A stretch of 64,000 bases of DNA from assembly GCA_951406725.2 (NCBI GenBank), contig OX597820.1, positions 91,078,001 through 91,142,000 of the forward strand, written 5' to 3'. Within the stretch, counting starts at the first letter, position 1. Each line of letters starts with the position of its first letter. Below are positions 27,141 through 41,095 of this stretch, piece by piece. This stretch comes from Octopus vulgaris. Lineage: Eukaryota. The position numbers were made by a program, and so were the translations under genes. The notes below the pieces were generated by a model that did not search any database, was not told where the DNA came from, and saw only the letters and a program-made list of their open reading frames with translations.

Positions 27141-27774
27141 CCTTTTTATCATTGTCTTGAGAGAGAGAGAAAGAGAGAGAGTATGTGTGTGTGAAGGAGT
27201 TATCTACCTGAATATATAGTTTAGGGTTTAGAGCCCTGTCCACAGATTAACTAAGTGCTTTCTGTAATAGTCTTGAACAGAGTAATGACTTGTGAGTAAA
27301 TCTGATTTATGTAAACTGTATTAAAACCATGTATTTATGTATTTATATATATATTATGCAATAACCTGTTAAAGGCAGAAATGTCTTCACAACACTTTAC
27401 TATGTGTCACTCGAAGAAATGGCAATAACTGGAATAACAGATTTTTAAATATATAAACTAGATGGCTGTCAAATGCATTGGAATATATTTAAGCTGTGAG
27501 CACACAAGCCACAAAAGAATTCAGAAATCTGCCAAAATAGATGAATGACATTACTTAGTGACCAATAATAATTTCACCTGGGATTATACAGGTAGAAATA
27601 CCAGCAAGCCTTATTCTAAGTAAAATCTAAAATCTTGAGCTAGGGTACAGATATATGGAAGTTTGCTAGAGCATTTGATGTGTAAGTTTTGGTTTAGGAT
27701 TACATATATATTTGAAGTTGTACAGTAAGTAAAAATTAAAACTAGATTATTTGTCAGAGAAGCAATCAATATGA

Positions 27775-28008
27775 TATATATATAGATAGATAGATAGATA
27801 GCTAGATAGATATATACATATACACACATAAATATGTATATATACACGTATACATATACACACATATATATGTATATATACACATATATACATATACACA
27901 TATACATATATTTATATATATGTATATATATGTATATTTGTACATATATATATATATATGTATATATGTGTATATATATACACATGTATATATATGTGTA
28001 TATATATG

Positions 28009-28044
<36 letters not shown>

Positions 28045-28055
28045 TGTATATATAT

Positions 28056-28098
<43 letters not shown>
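27775..28098. repeat. Degenerate (TA)n/(CA)n microsatellite array
   Basis: Direct inspection. Confidence 0.9.
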
Positions 28099-28100
<2 letters not shown>

Positions 28101-28163
28101 TCCCGGGTTGAATCGGGGTTAACCACAGTAAATAAGGTACTCAATACATAGCAGAGTAAATTA

Positions 28164-28230
28164 ATTTATTTTATAGAAGGAGCTTCTACAGGACTTCTAG
28201 TCCTGTAGAAGCTCCTTCTATAAAATAAAT
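28164..28230. repeat. Perfect 32-bp inverted repeat with 3-nt loop
   Basis: atttattttatagaaggagcttctacaggact-tct-agtcctgtagaagctccttctataaaataaat. Confidence 0.95.
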
Positions 28231-28397
28231 AAATATATATATATAAATATATATATATGTATGTATGTATATATATGTATATATGTATGTATATGCATAT
28301 ATGTATGTATGTATATATGTATGTATATATGTATGTATATGCATATATGTATGTATGTATATATATGTATATATGTATGTATGTATATATGTATATC

Positions 28398-28801
28398 TCT
28401 TTTTACTCTTTTATTTGTTTCAGTCATTTGACTGTGGCCATGCTGGAGCACCGCCTTTAGTCGAGCAAATCAACCCCGGAACTTATTCTTTGTAAGCCCA
28501 GTACTTATTCTATTGGTCTCTTATGCTACACCGCTAAGCAACGGAGACATAAACACTCCAGCATCGGTTGTCAAGCAATGCTAGGGGGACTAACACAGAC
28601 ACACAAACACACACACATATACATATATATATATACATATATACGACAGGCTTCTTTCAGTTTCCGTCTACCAAATCCACTCACAAGGCATTGGTCGGCC
28701 CGGGGCTATAGCAGAAGACACTTGCCCAAGATGCCACGCAGTGGGACTGAACCCGGAACCATGTGGTTGGTTAGCAAGCTACTTATCACACAGCCACTCC
28801 T
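28398..28801 (-). mobile_element. SINE family A, full length, CpG-retaining (young)
   Basis: Collinear reverse match to family. Confidence 0.92.
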
Positions 28802-28820
28802 ATATATATGTATGTATATA

Positions 28821-28859
<39 letters not shown>

Positions 28860-29034
28860 ACATGATTGTATATATCTATATCTAACTAACTATCTATCTA
28901 TCTATATATATATATATATATATATACATACATACACACGCACACACACACACACATAAATATATATGATTGTATATATCTATATCTAACTATCTATCTA
29001 TCTATATATATATATATATATATATACATACACA

Positions 29035-29099
<65 letters not shown>

Positions 29100-29103
<4 letters not shown>

Positions 29104-29432
29104 TTAATGATATCAGGTTAATAAAGATCTTTGAAATTTTTAATACCAATGGCCTAGCGTATAGAAAAATTAGTCAATAGACTATATATTATTCATATAA
29201 ATACAGTGCACATTTAAACACATAAGAGGTTTCCATCAAAGAAATCTCTTACGCTAGAAAGAAGAGCTAAAGTCAAAACCACTAATTAGGAATAAATTCT
29301 CAAAGGGAATGGAAAATATTCCCTTCGAGAATTTATCTTTAATTAGTGGTTTGGTCTTTAGCTGTTCTTTTTAGTGTAAGGGATTCCTATGATGGAAACC
29401 TCTTATGTGTTTAAATGTACACTGTATTTTAT
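29100..29432. mobile_element. Foldback repeat (arms 29197-29310 / 29318-29432); second family member at 49765-49980
   Basis: Imperfect ~114-bp inverted arms; same sequence and partial foldback at 49.8 kb; both in TA tracts. Confidence 0.7.
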
Positions 29433-29527
29433 ATTAGATAGATAGATATATTACCAGTTAAGATTAATATATTTGCAAACATATATATATATATACACAT
29501 GCATATATACATGTGTATGTATGTGTG

Positions 29528-29559
<32 letters not shown>

Positions 29560-30078
29560 CATACACTCACACACACACACACTCTCTCTCTCTCTCTCTC
29601 TCTCGCACATATATATATATAGAAAATATACCATTTATCTTAAAGCAATCTCAAAGAGTGTTTTAAGATACATGACACTTTTCATAAATATGCCTTCCAA
29701 GTATCATAAAAGCATGAAACTATTAATAGCTCTTTTGGTTTTGTATCTAAATTGATATTTAGCTCTCACTAGATGGAGTATGTTCTTTTTTTAATTCTAC
29801 CTTTATCGGATCTCTAAACTACATATATATATATATACTTAAGGCACAGTATATGGATTCAAGTAATCAGGTAGTGCTTATTAAAATGCTTCATAATGTA
29901 TCATTCTACAAAATATAAAATACATAGTACTGTATAAGAGAAAATGATAAGGAGTGTATAAAGTCATTAATGACAAATAATTTAATAAAATTTTATCTAA
30001 CAATATGAAAATTCTAATGTCATGACATATCGTATCGTAACTTAAAACCAAGTAATTAATTTATATTATTGTATTTAA

Positions 30079-30471
30079 TGGTGTAGAAGTGGCTGCATGG
30101 TAAGTAGCTTGCTTACCAACCACATGGTTCTAGGTTCAGTCCCACTGCGTGGCACCTTGGGCAAGTGTTTTCTACTGTAGCCTCGGGCCAACCAAAACCT
30201 TGTGAGTGGATTTAGTAGACAGAAACTGAAAAAGGCCCATCGTATATATGTATGTGTGTGTGTTTGTTTGTGTGTCTGTGTTTGTCCTGCCAACATCGCC
30301 TGACAACCGATGCTGGTGTGTTTACATCCCCCGTAATTTAGCAGTTTGGCAAAAGAGACCGATAGAATAAGTACTAGGCTTACAAAGAATAAGTCCTGGG
30401 GTCAATTTGCTCAATAAAGGCAGTGCTGAAGCATGGCCACAGTCAAATGACTGAAACAATAAAAGAGTAAA
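30079..30471 (+). mobile_element. SINE family A, full length
   Basis: Head to aaagagtaaa tail. Confidence 0.92.
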
Positions 30472-30882
30472 ATCCTTCAAAATAATGCAGAATTTACGCT
30501 ATGTCTTCGGGTGGAAGAAAATTTTTGTTAAATACTAGAATTTTCATATTGTAAAATAAAATTTCATGAAACTACTTCTTTCTTATCTATAACTATAAAT
30601 ATACATGGCTAGCCTTGTGAATTACAGGTACCACTAACTTTTGCCAGCTGAGTGGACTGGAGGGGTACAGTGTAACAATATGCTATTGGGTTTTGAACTC
30701 CTGATCGTGGACTGAGTACTCTAACCTCTAAGCCACACACTAGCAGATACCAGCAGACAGTTGCATAACCTCCTATTGTTACACAAACATACACAGATAA
30801 TGATATACCATACGCACATACACACTCAAACACAGTCACATATTGTTACGTACATATACACACAGTCTATTCATTTCATACA

Positions 30883-31307
30883 TGATGATGGCCATCCACT
30901 CGTGACCGATGAAGACCATTGCCGACCTTCAGGAACATTGTGCACTCTAGGACTAACTTATATTTAGCATTTGCAGCTCCGTTGGTGGCTAATGAGCCCT
31001 GCTCTTGACAAGCATACACGACTGCAAACATTAAGAGACCAAGCTTTCCCCATTCACTATACAAGCCGTGCGCTTTTGCGCAGCTCGCTTAAGTTCTTCA
31101 TGCTGGATACATGCTCTCTCAAAAGTGTCGATCCCCTCCTTAACCTGCTTCAATGGAGGATAGAAGGGTTCCTAAGCAGATGCTCTATAGAGAACTTGTG
31201 AATGGAAGGAGACTCCGGCAGAAACCAAGGCTGCGATTTAAGGACTGTGTCAAGTCCTCGTTAAAGGCCTTTGATATGCAGGACACTGACTGGGAGAACA
31301 ATGCCTG
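30883..31307 (-). mobile_element. RTE LINE 3' fragment with 5' inversion and 12-bp TSD
   Basis: Minus 31151-30883 encodes KQVKEGIDTFE...CSRVCLSRAGLISHQRSC; plus 31152-31307 encodes the upstream MEDRRVPKQMLY..GRR..KPRLRFKD; TSD tcatttcataca / tcatttaataca. Confidence 0.85.
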
Positions 31308-31938
31308 TCATTTAATACACACACACATGCATACATATATATAAACACACGCACATATGAACAGACATATAAAGTTTTATATTGTTACACAATCGTACAC
31401 AGATAACAACACACACACACACACACACACACACAGATATCAGCAGATATTCCACACACAGTTCGTATGTTAAACATACAGATACCAACATGCACATTCT
31501 GTTATTGTTTCACACACATGCACACTCACACATACATATACACACAGTCTCACACAGTTATGTGCACACACACAAACTCACACAGTCTCATAGAGTTATG
31601 CCCACACACACACACCATCTCATACATTACATGCACAAACAAAAACTCACAGTCTCATACAGGTACGTGCATGCATGCACAAACACACACAGTCTTATAC
31701 AGTTATGTCTACACACACAAACACACAGTCTCATACAATTAGACGCATGCACACACACGCACACACAAACACAGATACTACCAGATAATCAGTGTCATAT
31801 TTTTCATTTATTTATTATTTATTGGAATGCTAAAATCTTTGCAAGGCTAGTTGAAGGTGGAGGAGGGTGTTGCAGCTATAGCAGACTGACACATCAATCG
31901 TAACAAACCAATTTTATTAATACATGTATATATATGTA

Positions 31939-31971
<33 letters not shown>

Positions 31972-32059
31972 TTTATTTTTATTTTATCTAGTTTCAGCTC
32001 ACGAGCTGTGGCCATGCTGGGGCACCGCCATATATATATATATATATATATACATATAT

Positions 32060-32281
32060 TACTCTTTTATTCTTTTACTTGTTTTAGTCATATGGCTGCA
32101 GCCATGCTGGAGCACCACCTTTAGTTGAGCAAATTGACCCCAGGACTTATTCTTTGTAAGCCTAGTGCTTATTCTATTAGTCTCCTTTGCTGAACCGCTA
32201 AGTTACGGGGACGTAAACACACCAGCATTGGTTGTCAAGCAAAGTTGCGGGAACAAACACAGACACACAAACACACATACA

Positions 32282-32357
<76 letters not shown>

Positions 32358-32408
32358 TACAACGGGCTTCTTTTAGTTTCTTTCTACCAAATCCACCCAC
32401 AAGGCTAT
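32060..32408 (-). mobile_element. SINE family A, 5'-truncated
   Basis: Reverse match to family. Confidence 0.85.
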
Positions 32409-32730
32409 ATATGTTTCAGTTGCCAAATCAGCACTACATACAGACCATGCTCATTTCATGTGGTGTTTCCTGCCCAATCAGTTGATATCAATGTCTTGTC
32501 ACATCATGAACATCACGCCCAATGGCCTTGAAATTCCCACACTTCTCTCTATTTATTTAGTATAAGTCATGAACAGTTAAGTCAGAGGTAGATTAGACTC
32601 TATTAATAGCTCAGTCTCTACTCTCAACAAGCAAGCCTATATATGATGTGCACATCAGTTTTAGAAAAGCAATTAGCCATTTACAGCGTCTAGTTTCCTA
32701 TGCTGAATCCTACTAGAAGTGAAAGGAATT

Positions 32731-33150
32731 CATCATCATTATCATCATTGTTTAATGTCCACATTCTATGCTAGCATGGGTTGGACGATTTGAGTGAGGT
32801 CTGGCAAACCAGATGGCTGCACCAGACTCCAATCTGATCTAGCAGAGTTTCTACAGCTGGATGCCCTTCCTAACGCCAACCACTCCAAGAGTGTAGTGGG
32901 TGCTTTTACGTGCCACCGGCACGAGGGACAGTCAGGCGGTACTGGCAATAGCCACACTCAAATGGTGCTTTTTATGTGCCACCTGCACAGGAGCCAGTCC
33001 AGCAGCACTGGCAACGACCTCGCTCGAATGGTTTTTCACGTGCCACCAGCACAAGTGATGCAGGTAACAATCACGCTCGAATGGTGTTTTTAATGTACCA
33101 TCGGCTCGGGGGCCAGCTTATTGCTCTGGCCTCAATCTCACTCATATCGT
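32731..33150 (-). mobile_element. RTE-tailed repeat with internal ~55-bp tandem units
   Basis: Reverse of 26400-26556 plus repeated cacgctcgaatggtg..gtgccacc units. Confidence 0.75.
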
Positions 33151-33174
33151 ACTCTTAGTGCTCCACTAGCAAAG

Positions 33175-33475
33175 ATGTTCTTTCTTGAGCCACACCTGCC
33201 TCATACAGGCCGGTTTCCCAGTTTCCTTGGCATATAGGTTCCCCACCAGGACAGGATGCCGGTCTGTCGCAGGTTAGCTTCATGATGCAGGAGGAAAGAG
33301 TGAGAGATAGTTGTGGTGAATGGGTCGGCATAAGTTCGCCATTACCTTCTGCCAGACCCACGTGGAGTTTAGGTGTTTCACTCATAAAAACAAACATCGC
33401 CCGGTCTGAGTTTCGAACCCGCAATCCCTCAACCGTGAGTCCGCTACTCTAACCACTAGGCCATATGCCTCCACA
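33175..33475 (-). mobile_element. SINE family B
   Basis: Reverse match to 7789-8105; B box ggttcgaaactc. Confidence 0.85.
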
Positions 33476-33967
33476 CTAGCACGGATGCTAGTCATTGAAT
33501 TTGCTTCATAATTTTGAACCAACACTTTCCAGCCTCTCAAGCTTTACTAATCACTACTATATTAGGTACACTGAAGCTTCATTCCAACCTCCTACATGTC
33601 CACCGGCAATCATTAGAAATTTATACATAAATGTACAATAAACCTCACAATAAATATATTTTATTATGTTCACTTTTGTCATGTATGAATAACACACAGC
33701 TTAGCCAAGCTTATAAACAACTGTTCATAACAACATAGCATGAAAATGGAGACAAAATCTTAAAAACAGCCATACCTGTGCCTGGTAGCCATGTACATAT
33801 ATTTAGTATATGTTTATGTGGGTGCATGCTTGCATGCATGTGGAGAGGAGTGTGTGTGTGTGTTTGTAAGTGGGTGTGTGTATGTTTTTGTGTGTGTGTG
33901 TATGTGTGTCTGTGTGCGTGTGCATTCATGTGTGTGCGTGTGCATTCATGTGTGTGTGTGTGCATTC

Positions 33968-33998
<31 letters not shown>

Positions 33999-34309
33999 TG
34001 TCTGTGTATTTCATGTTACAGCTTGTTTCTGCATGTGCAAGTGTGGGTGTGTTTGTTTATCCATATTTTTGAAATCACATGTTAGTTGCAAACCTCTGTC
34101 ACCACAATTTATATAAGTGTTGTTTGATTCCAATCTTCCTACGAAATATGTATAGTTGTAATGAAAACTAATGCTGTGTGCCTGGGAGCTGGTGAATATT
34201 CATAACAAGAAAGGCATTTGAGTATAGAGAATTTATTTCAATGAAAGTATGAAAATGTGGATATTAATATATTAATTGTGAGTGAATTTGATGGAGCAAA
34301 ATTAAGAAT

Positions 34310-34311
34310 GA

Positions 34312-34342
<31 letters not shown>

Positions 34343-34413
34343 AATGTATATACATATATATGTGTGTGTGTGAGTATGAATGTATATATATACATATGTG
34401 TGTGTGAGTATGA

Positions 34414-34450
<37 letters not shown>

Positions 34451-34636
34451 AGTATGAATGTATATATATATATATGTATATATGCATAAATGTATATGTA
34501 TATATGCATAAATGTATATGTATATATATATGTATATGCATATATATATATATATATGTATATATGTATATATGTATATGCATATATGTATATATATATG
34601 TATGTACATATGTGTATATGTATATGTATATATATA

Positions 34637-34698
<62 letters not shown>

Positions 34699-34856
34699 TG
34701 TATATATGTATGTATATATATATGTATATATATATGTATATATTTATATATATGTATATATATATATATATAGATGTATATATATGTGTATATATATATA
34801 TATGTATATATATATGTGTGTATATATATATATGTGTATATATATATGTATATATA

Positions 34857-34928
<72 letters not shown>
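34310..34928. repeat. Long degenerate (TA)n/(TG)n array
   Basis: Direct inspection. Confidence 0.95.
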
Positions 34929-34930
<2 letters not shown>

Positions 34931-35274
34931 ATAAGATCGTTAATTTAAATATTGATCTTATCAAGTGGCCAGCATAGGAATAAAAACCTTCAAAATTATA
35001 ATTTAGGGTATCTAAGAGATACCACCATGCTGGAAATAGTAGTCAAAACCTCACTGTAAAACAACTACTCATAACAACATAGCATGAAAATGGAGACAAA
35101 GTCTTAAAAACATCCATACCTGTGCCTGGTGGCCATATATATATATATTTAATATATGTTTATGTGGGTGCATGTTTGCATGTATGTGTAGAATTTAATG
35201 TGGTTTTTAGAGTCAGGTTTTGACTGCTATTTCCAGCATGGTGGTATCTCTTAGATACCCGAAATTATAATTTT
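34929..35274. mobile_element. Foldback element (60-bp arms 34992-35051 / 35215-35274) enclosing a copy of 33725-33846
   Basis: Arms differ at 2 positions; loop 35069-35192 is a direct copy of upstream sequence; starts at the end of the (TA)n array. Confidence 0.75.
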
Positions 35275-35647
35275 ATACACACACGTATATGTACATATAT
35301 ATACATATATATATCTTTGTGTCTGTGTTTGTCTCTCATCACCACTTGACAGCAGTTGTTGGTGTGTTTACATCCCTATAACTTAGCAAATTGGCAAAAG
35401 TGACCAACAGTACACGTTTTAGACAAAAAAAAAAAAAAAAATGTACTGGGGTTGATTTGTTCCACTAAGGTTCTTCAAGATGGTGCTCCAGCAGGGCCAA
35501 AATGACTGAAACAAGTAAAAGATAATATGTATTTAGTTCATATGTATGTTTATATACATGTAGACATGTGTGTATAAATATACATACATGCATACACACA
35601 AACATATATTTATATACATTTTTGGAATAACATCATATATTACATGT

Positions 35648-35900
35648 GTGGAGGCGCATGGCTTAGTGGTTAGGGTGTTGAACTCATGATCGTAAGGTTG
35701 TGGTTTCGATTCCTGGACTGGGCAATGTGTTGTGTTCTTGAGCAAGACACTTTATTTTCATGTTGCTTCAGTCCACTCAGCAGACAAAAATGAGTAATCC
35801 TTCGATGGACTGGCTCCGTCCAGGTGGGGAATTTCTACGCCACTGAAACCAATAAACCGGCCCTTATGAGCCTGGCATGGTTCGAGAAGGAAAAGGAACA
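35648..35900 (+). mobile_element. SINE family B
   Basis: gtggaggcgcatggcttagtggttaggg...ggtttcgattcctgg. Confidence 0.85.
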
Positions 35901-36157
35901 TATTACATGTACCTTAACAATCTTAATTCAGTTTTCATCACAACTGTCCAACAAACAGGAACATGAAACTCTGAGTAAGAGTTCTATGATAATTTTGCAG
36001 CTTTAATGAAAAGTGTGTTTGTGTGTGTGCGTATCGTTGCAAATATACATACCTAGCCATATGTATCAGTCATGTACCCATATATTTAGCTCTTCATCTG
36101 TCTTTGTCTATCTTTTTGTCTTTTTGTCTATATAACTAGCAAATTATTTATGTATAG

Positions 36158-36580
36158 ATGTAAGAGTGGCTGTGTGGTAAGTAGCTTGTTTACCAACCAC
36201 ATAGTTCCGGGTTCAGTCCCACTGTGTGGCATCTTGGGCAAGTGTCTTCTACTCTAGCCTCGGGTCGATCAAAGCCTTGTGAGTGGATTTGGTAGAAGGA
36301 AACTGAAAGAAGCCCATCGTATATATGTATATATATATATATATATGTGTGTGTGTACATGTTTGTGTGTCTGTGTTTGTTGCCCCAAGATCACTTGACA
36401 GACGATGCTGGTGTGTTTAGGTCACTGTAACTTAACGGTTTGGCAAAAGAGACTGATAGAATAAGTACTAGACTTACAAAGAATAAGCCCTGGGTTCAAT
36501 TTTCTCGACTAAAGGTGGTGCTCCAGCATAGCCACAGTCAAATGACCGAAACAAGTAAAAGAGTAAAGAGAGAGAAAAGA
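36158..36580 (+). mobile_element. SINE family A, full length
   Basis: Collinear with family. Confidence 0.92.
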
Positions 36581-37056
36581 AAGTATTTATTTATCTCACT
36601 CACTTCTCCCTCTCTCCGTCTATTTCTCATTTTTTCTGCTCTCTTGTCTCTCTCTCACTCCACACACACACACACACATACATTCATATCTCACTTTTGA
36701 TTTTTCAGTGTTCCAAAAGTTAAATATAAGTTTTTTTTCTTATTTAACACAAAATTATCATATAGATAGCTTCTCACACAGACACAGATTTTATTTCAAT
36801 TACAATTTCTGACTTACAGATTAACTCAGAATGCATTGGCTACCTACTTCAGGGCTATAATGAAAAAAAAAAAAAGAAAAAAAAAAGAGGGAAACACTTG
36901 CCAAAAGTTCTGCAGACTAGGAATGAACCACGCACCACTTGTTTGAGAAAAGTGAACTTCTTAACAAGACAGTCATGTTTGTTCAAATAATGTGTGTGTA
37001 TCTGTATGAGTGAATGTCCTTGTGGGCAGTTTTGCATGTGTGTGCACACACAGACA

Positions 37057-37125
<69 letters not shown>

Positions 37126-37321
37126 CATGCATATAGGGAAGATTCATGTTTTGCATAAATTTATAAAATCTTGGATATTATTGCATTCCAAATTGTACAA
37201 TGCAAAATGATAATAATAGACTTGTTACTCAAAGACATGAGGTAATTCCTATATTATCCATTCGGCATATACTTATATACGCATACACACACACACACAC
37301 ACATATATATGTATGTGTGCA

Positions 37322-37352
<31 letters not shown>

Positions 37353-37377
37353 ATGTATACATATATATGCATACATG

Positions 37378-37415
<38 letters not shown>

Positions 37416-37564
37416 ACATATGCATATATATATATGTATAACATTTGTTTAATGTCAAGTTATATAGAAAAAAATATTAACATTAAACTGAAGCATACTT
37501 CATTAATTTTTAGAAAAGTATATACTTTTATCATAATTTTGAAGTTTAAACTTGTTTTCTATGC

Positions 37565-37616
37565 TCATATATATATATATATATATATACATACACATAT
37601 ATACATACACATATAT

Positions 37617-37662
<46 letters not shown>

Positions 37663-37788
37663 ATATATATATGTATATATATATATACATGTATGTATAT
37701 ATATATATATGTATGTATATATATATATACATGTATGTATATATATATATATACATACACATATATACATACACATATATATACATAC

Positions 37789-37844
<56 letters not shown>

Positions 37845-38137
37845 ACACATATATATGCATATATATACATATATATATATACATATATGCATATATATAC
37901 ATATATACACATATACATATATACACATATACATACATATATATACTTACATATATATATACATATATGCATATATATATATATATACACATATACATAT
38001 ATATATATATATACATATATATATAACCATATATATATATATACATATATACATATATATATATATATGAACATATATATATACATATACATATATATGT
38101 GTATGCGTTTATATATGTATATATGTGTGTGTATCTG

Positions 38138-38176
<39 letters not shown>

Positions 38177-38185
38177 ATATATGTA
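37565..38185. repeat. Long degenerate (TA)n/(CA)n array
   Basis: Direct inspection; source of the spurious 333-aa ORF. Confidence 0.95.
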
Positions 38186-38841
38186 TTTACATTTACAATG
38201 AGGATATTTAAACCTCTTATAGGGATATTTTATGCAAGATACACTGGTTTGATATGTTATAGATTGAAGAGATATTTTTTCAATGAATATATTATATAAG
38301 GTATTGTAAAATATCAAACATTATTATTGAGTTAGAAACCAGAGAGATTTAGTGGATACAATTAAATTTATTAATTTTTTATTATAAATAAATGCATAGT
38401 TTTGCAATTGAAATACCTTGTATGGAAAATCATCAGGGTGTACTCTCAATCCACTTATACTATGAATGAAATAAGTGGAGAGCACACACAAAGATGGAAA
38501 GTGTTGCTAAAGAGGTCACAGATGTGTGACGAAAGATTTCCAGGCAATGGATATGAGTTAGAATAAGGGCATTAATAGAAAAGTAAAGAATGAATATTTA
38601 GTGCTTGTGTTTATTTAGCAAAAAAGAAAAAAATGCAATCCTGAAATACAATATATCTAAATATATATATTCATATAGAGGTAAACTTTCTATAACATCT
38701 GCTCTCCTCTTTAACAATTATATATACATATATACATCCTGGTCATGGCAGGCCTTCCGTTACTTCAAATGGCAGTGCCCCAGCATGGTCACAGCTCATG
38801 AGCTGAAACTAGAATCAATCAATCAATCATATACATGTATG

Positions 38842-38893
<52 letters not shown>

Positions 38894-39597
38894 AATAGAG
38901 AAAGAGAGCTAGCTAGATAGATTGATAGATAGACAGAGTGAAGGCACATGGCTGAATGATAAGCGTAATCAGCTTACAAACGTGGGGTAATGATTTCAAT
39001 TTCTGCTGGCACTTTGAGTTGTGTCCTTGGGCAAGACACTTTATTTCATGTTGCTCTATCACACCCAGCTGACAAAAATGGGGTGTAACTGTAATTCAAA
39101 GGACCAACTTTGTCATAACCAAAAGAGTGCCAGATGAATAGATAGATAAATACATACATACACATATATATGTATATACATACACACATATATATATATA
39201 TAGAAAGAGAGAGAGAGATATGCAGCATGAAGCTTTGTCAGTGAACAGGTCACGGTCTCAAAATGACGAAAATATTTTGACAAATTAAATTTAAATGTTG
39301 AAGTGAATCTAACGCTTTTGTGTGTTTCTTAAATGGCTTATAAACACCTTCCATGCTGCAATTGTTATTGTATATATATATATATGTGTATGTATCTATC
39401 TATAGATGCATCATATAGATTTTTATGTATGTGTCAAGAGTAATTGAATCCTTAAATTGTGTGACAAATAACTAATATTTGGAACTGCAGTGTATTCCCA
39501 TTCATATTATTGCATTTGTATCCTTTGTTATGACTCCTGGGTTTCAGTGTTTCACAGAATACATTGTATGAACATCATCTTTGCAATCCAATAATAT

Positions 39598-39649
<52 letters not shown>

Positions 39650-40855
39650 CATACACACACACACATATATATATAAGTTTCACAGCTATGATAATTTGAC
39701 AATAAGACTTGATTATGTAATTTATGTTGTGTATGTAATAATCACCTTAAATAAATGAAACATATGGAAGATGGTGTAACTAAACATGTTATAAACAATC
39801 TTTCATGTTTTGTTTTATTTACATGTATGTATATGTGTGTGTGCATGTAAATAATGTACAGAATTATATATTTCATCTGTGTTTATATGTCTATGCTTGT
39901 GTGTTTAGATACACATATAGCTATATGCAAACATATATCCATTCTCACACGCCTACAAGACTATCTTGGGTGTATGCTTGTATGTATGTATGTACCTGTT
40001 TGTAATGTCTATTTATGTTTCTGTATGCATATGTAAACCTTCTCCAATATATCTTACATGTAAGTGAAGAAAAAAATATTGTAAAATACACTTTACTTAT
40101 TGAATTCCCATAGGTTTTCTGTAGGTTCTCAAAATATGAACTGACCATGTGTATTATAAACATGTTTACAAGTTTATAACATTCTCACAATGTCTTCTTA
40201 CTCACTACAAACTGATATCATAATAACTTGTTAACTAACTTGTTGTAGCTAATTATGTCTCAGGTGGTGTCTGTATTGAAGAGTCTAGATACCTTGTACC
40301 TTTAGCATTCAACCTGGCCCTATCCAGCCAAAATATTAAACTAATTTTCTGTTAAAACTGGCAAGATCTGGTCATTCACACCTATCCTACAATGTTATTC
40401 TAAATGTAAGCAATCATATGGAAGTCTCTTAGCTACAAAATAATGAATAATTAATTCAAAATAATGTGAATAAATAAGCATTGCATTTGAGAGAATGATC
40501 TGAAGCTAAAGGGTCAAGCTTATGCAGTGCCTTATAATCTAGAAAACTGAGGCAGTGATAAATATCTGCGTCATAACTTTTTTCTCCCATACTACATGTG
40601 AGCAGCCATGCCAGTCCCTCTGCAGGAAACTGCTGTGCATTGCAGTTTAAACTGTCAAATGAAATTCACCGAGGCAGATTGTTCTATGGCCAGATACTCT
40701 CACTGTCTTCAGCATCCACTTGTGTCCAAGCATGGTAACATTTCTCTTAGTCTTTGAAACATGAGCATCTCAACGGCTGCACATGCTTTCACAGAAGTTT
40801 ACAAACGAATGATACTGCTTCTATGAGAGTAACATTTGTTTACATTTAAAATGAT

Positions 40856-41095
40856 ATGCCAAGGCAAGAGATACCCATGCATTCAGATGATGATGTCAAA
40901 CATGCCTTCCAAGATTTTATTGATTCTAGATTGCCAACCTTTTACAGTTCCAGGCTGGAGAAGCTACCACTGAAATGGCAAAAGTGTATTGACAATATGG
41001 GTGCATACTTTGATGAAGAAAACTATTCCTTGTATTTATAAAACACTAGGAAACTTTCTTTTCTTTTCTACAAATTTCATATTTGATGACCTAAT
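40856..41095 (+). mobile_element. mariner transposase 3' fragment with right TIR
   Basis: DDDVKHAFQDFIDSR..FY...LEKLPLKWQKCIDNMGAYFDE; ends ttcatatttgatgacctaata. Confidence 0.8.

Noticed and set aside
29290-29340. Hammerhead at the apex of the 29-kb foldback
   Set aside because: No CUGANGA or GAAA..UH arrangement on either strand
32900-33110. CRISPR-like repeat-spacer pattern
   Set aside because: Degenerate ~55-bp tandem units inside a eukaryotic retro-repeat; no unique spacers or cas genes
37200-38317. Long ORFs (333 aa, 250 aa) and similar YI/HT/CV-rich ORFs throughout the window
   Set aside because: Translations of (TA)n/(CA)n microsatellites, which lack stop codons; no protein-like content
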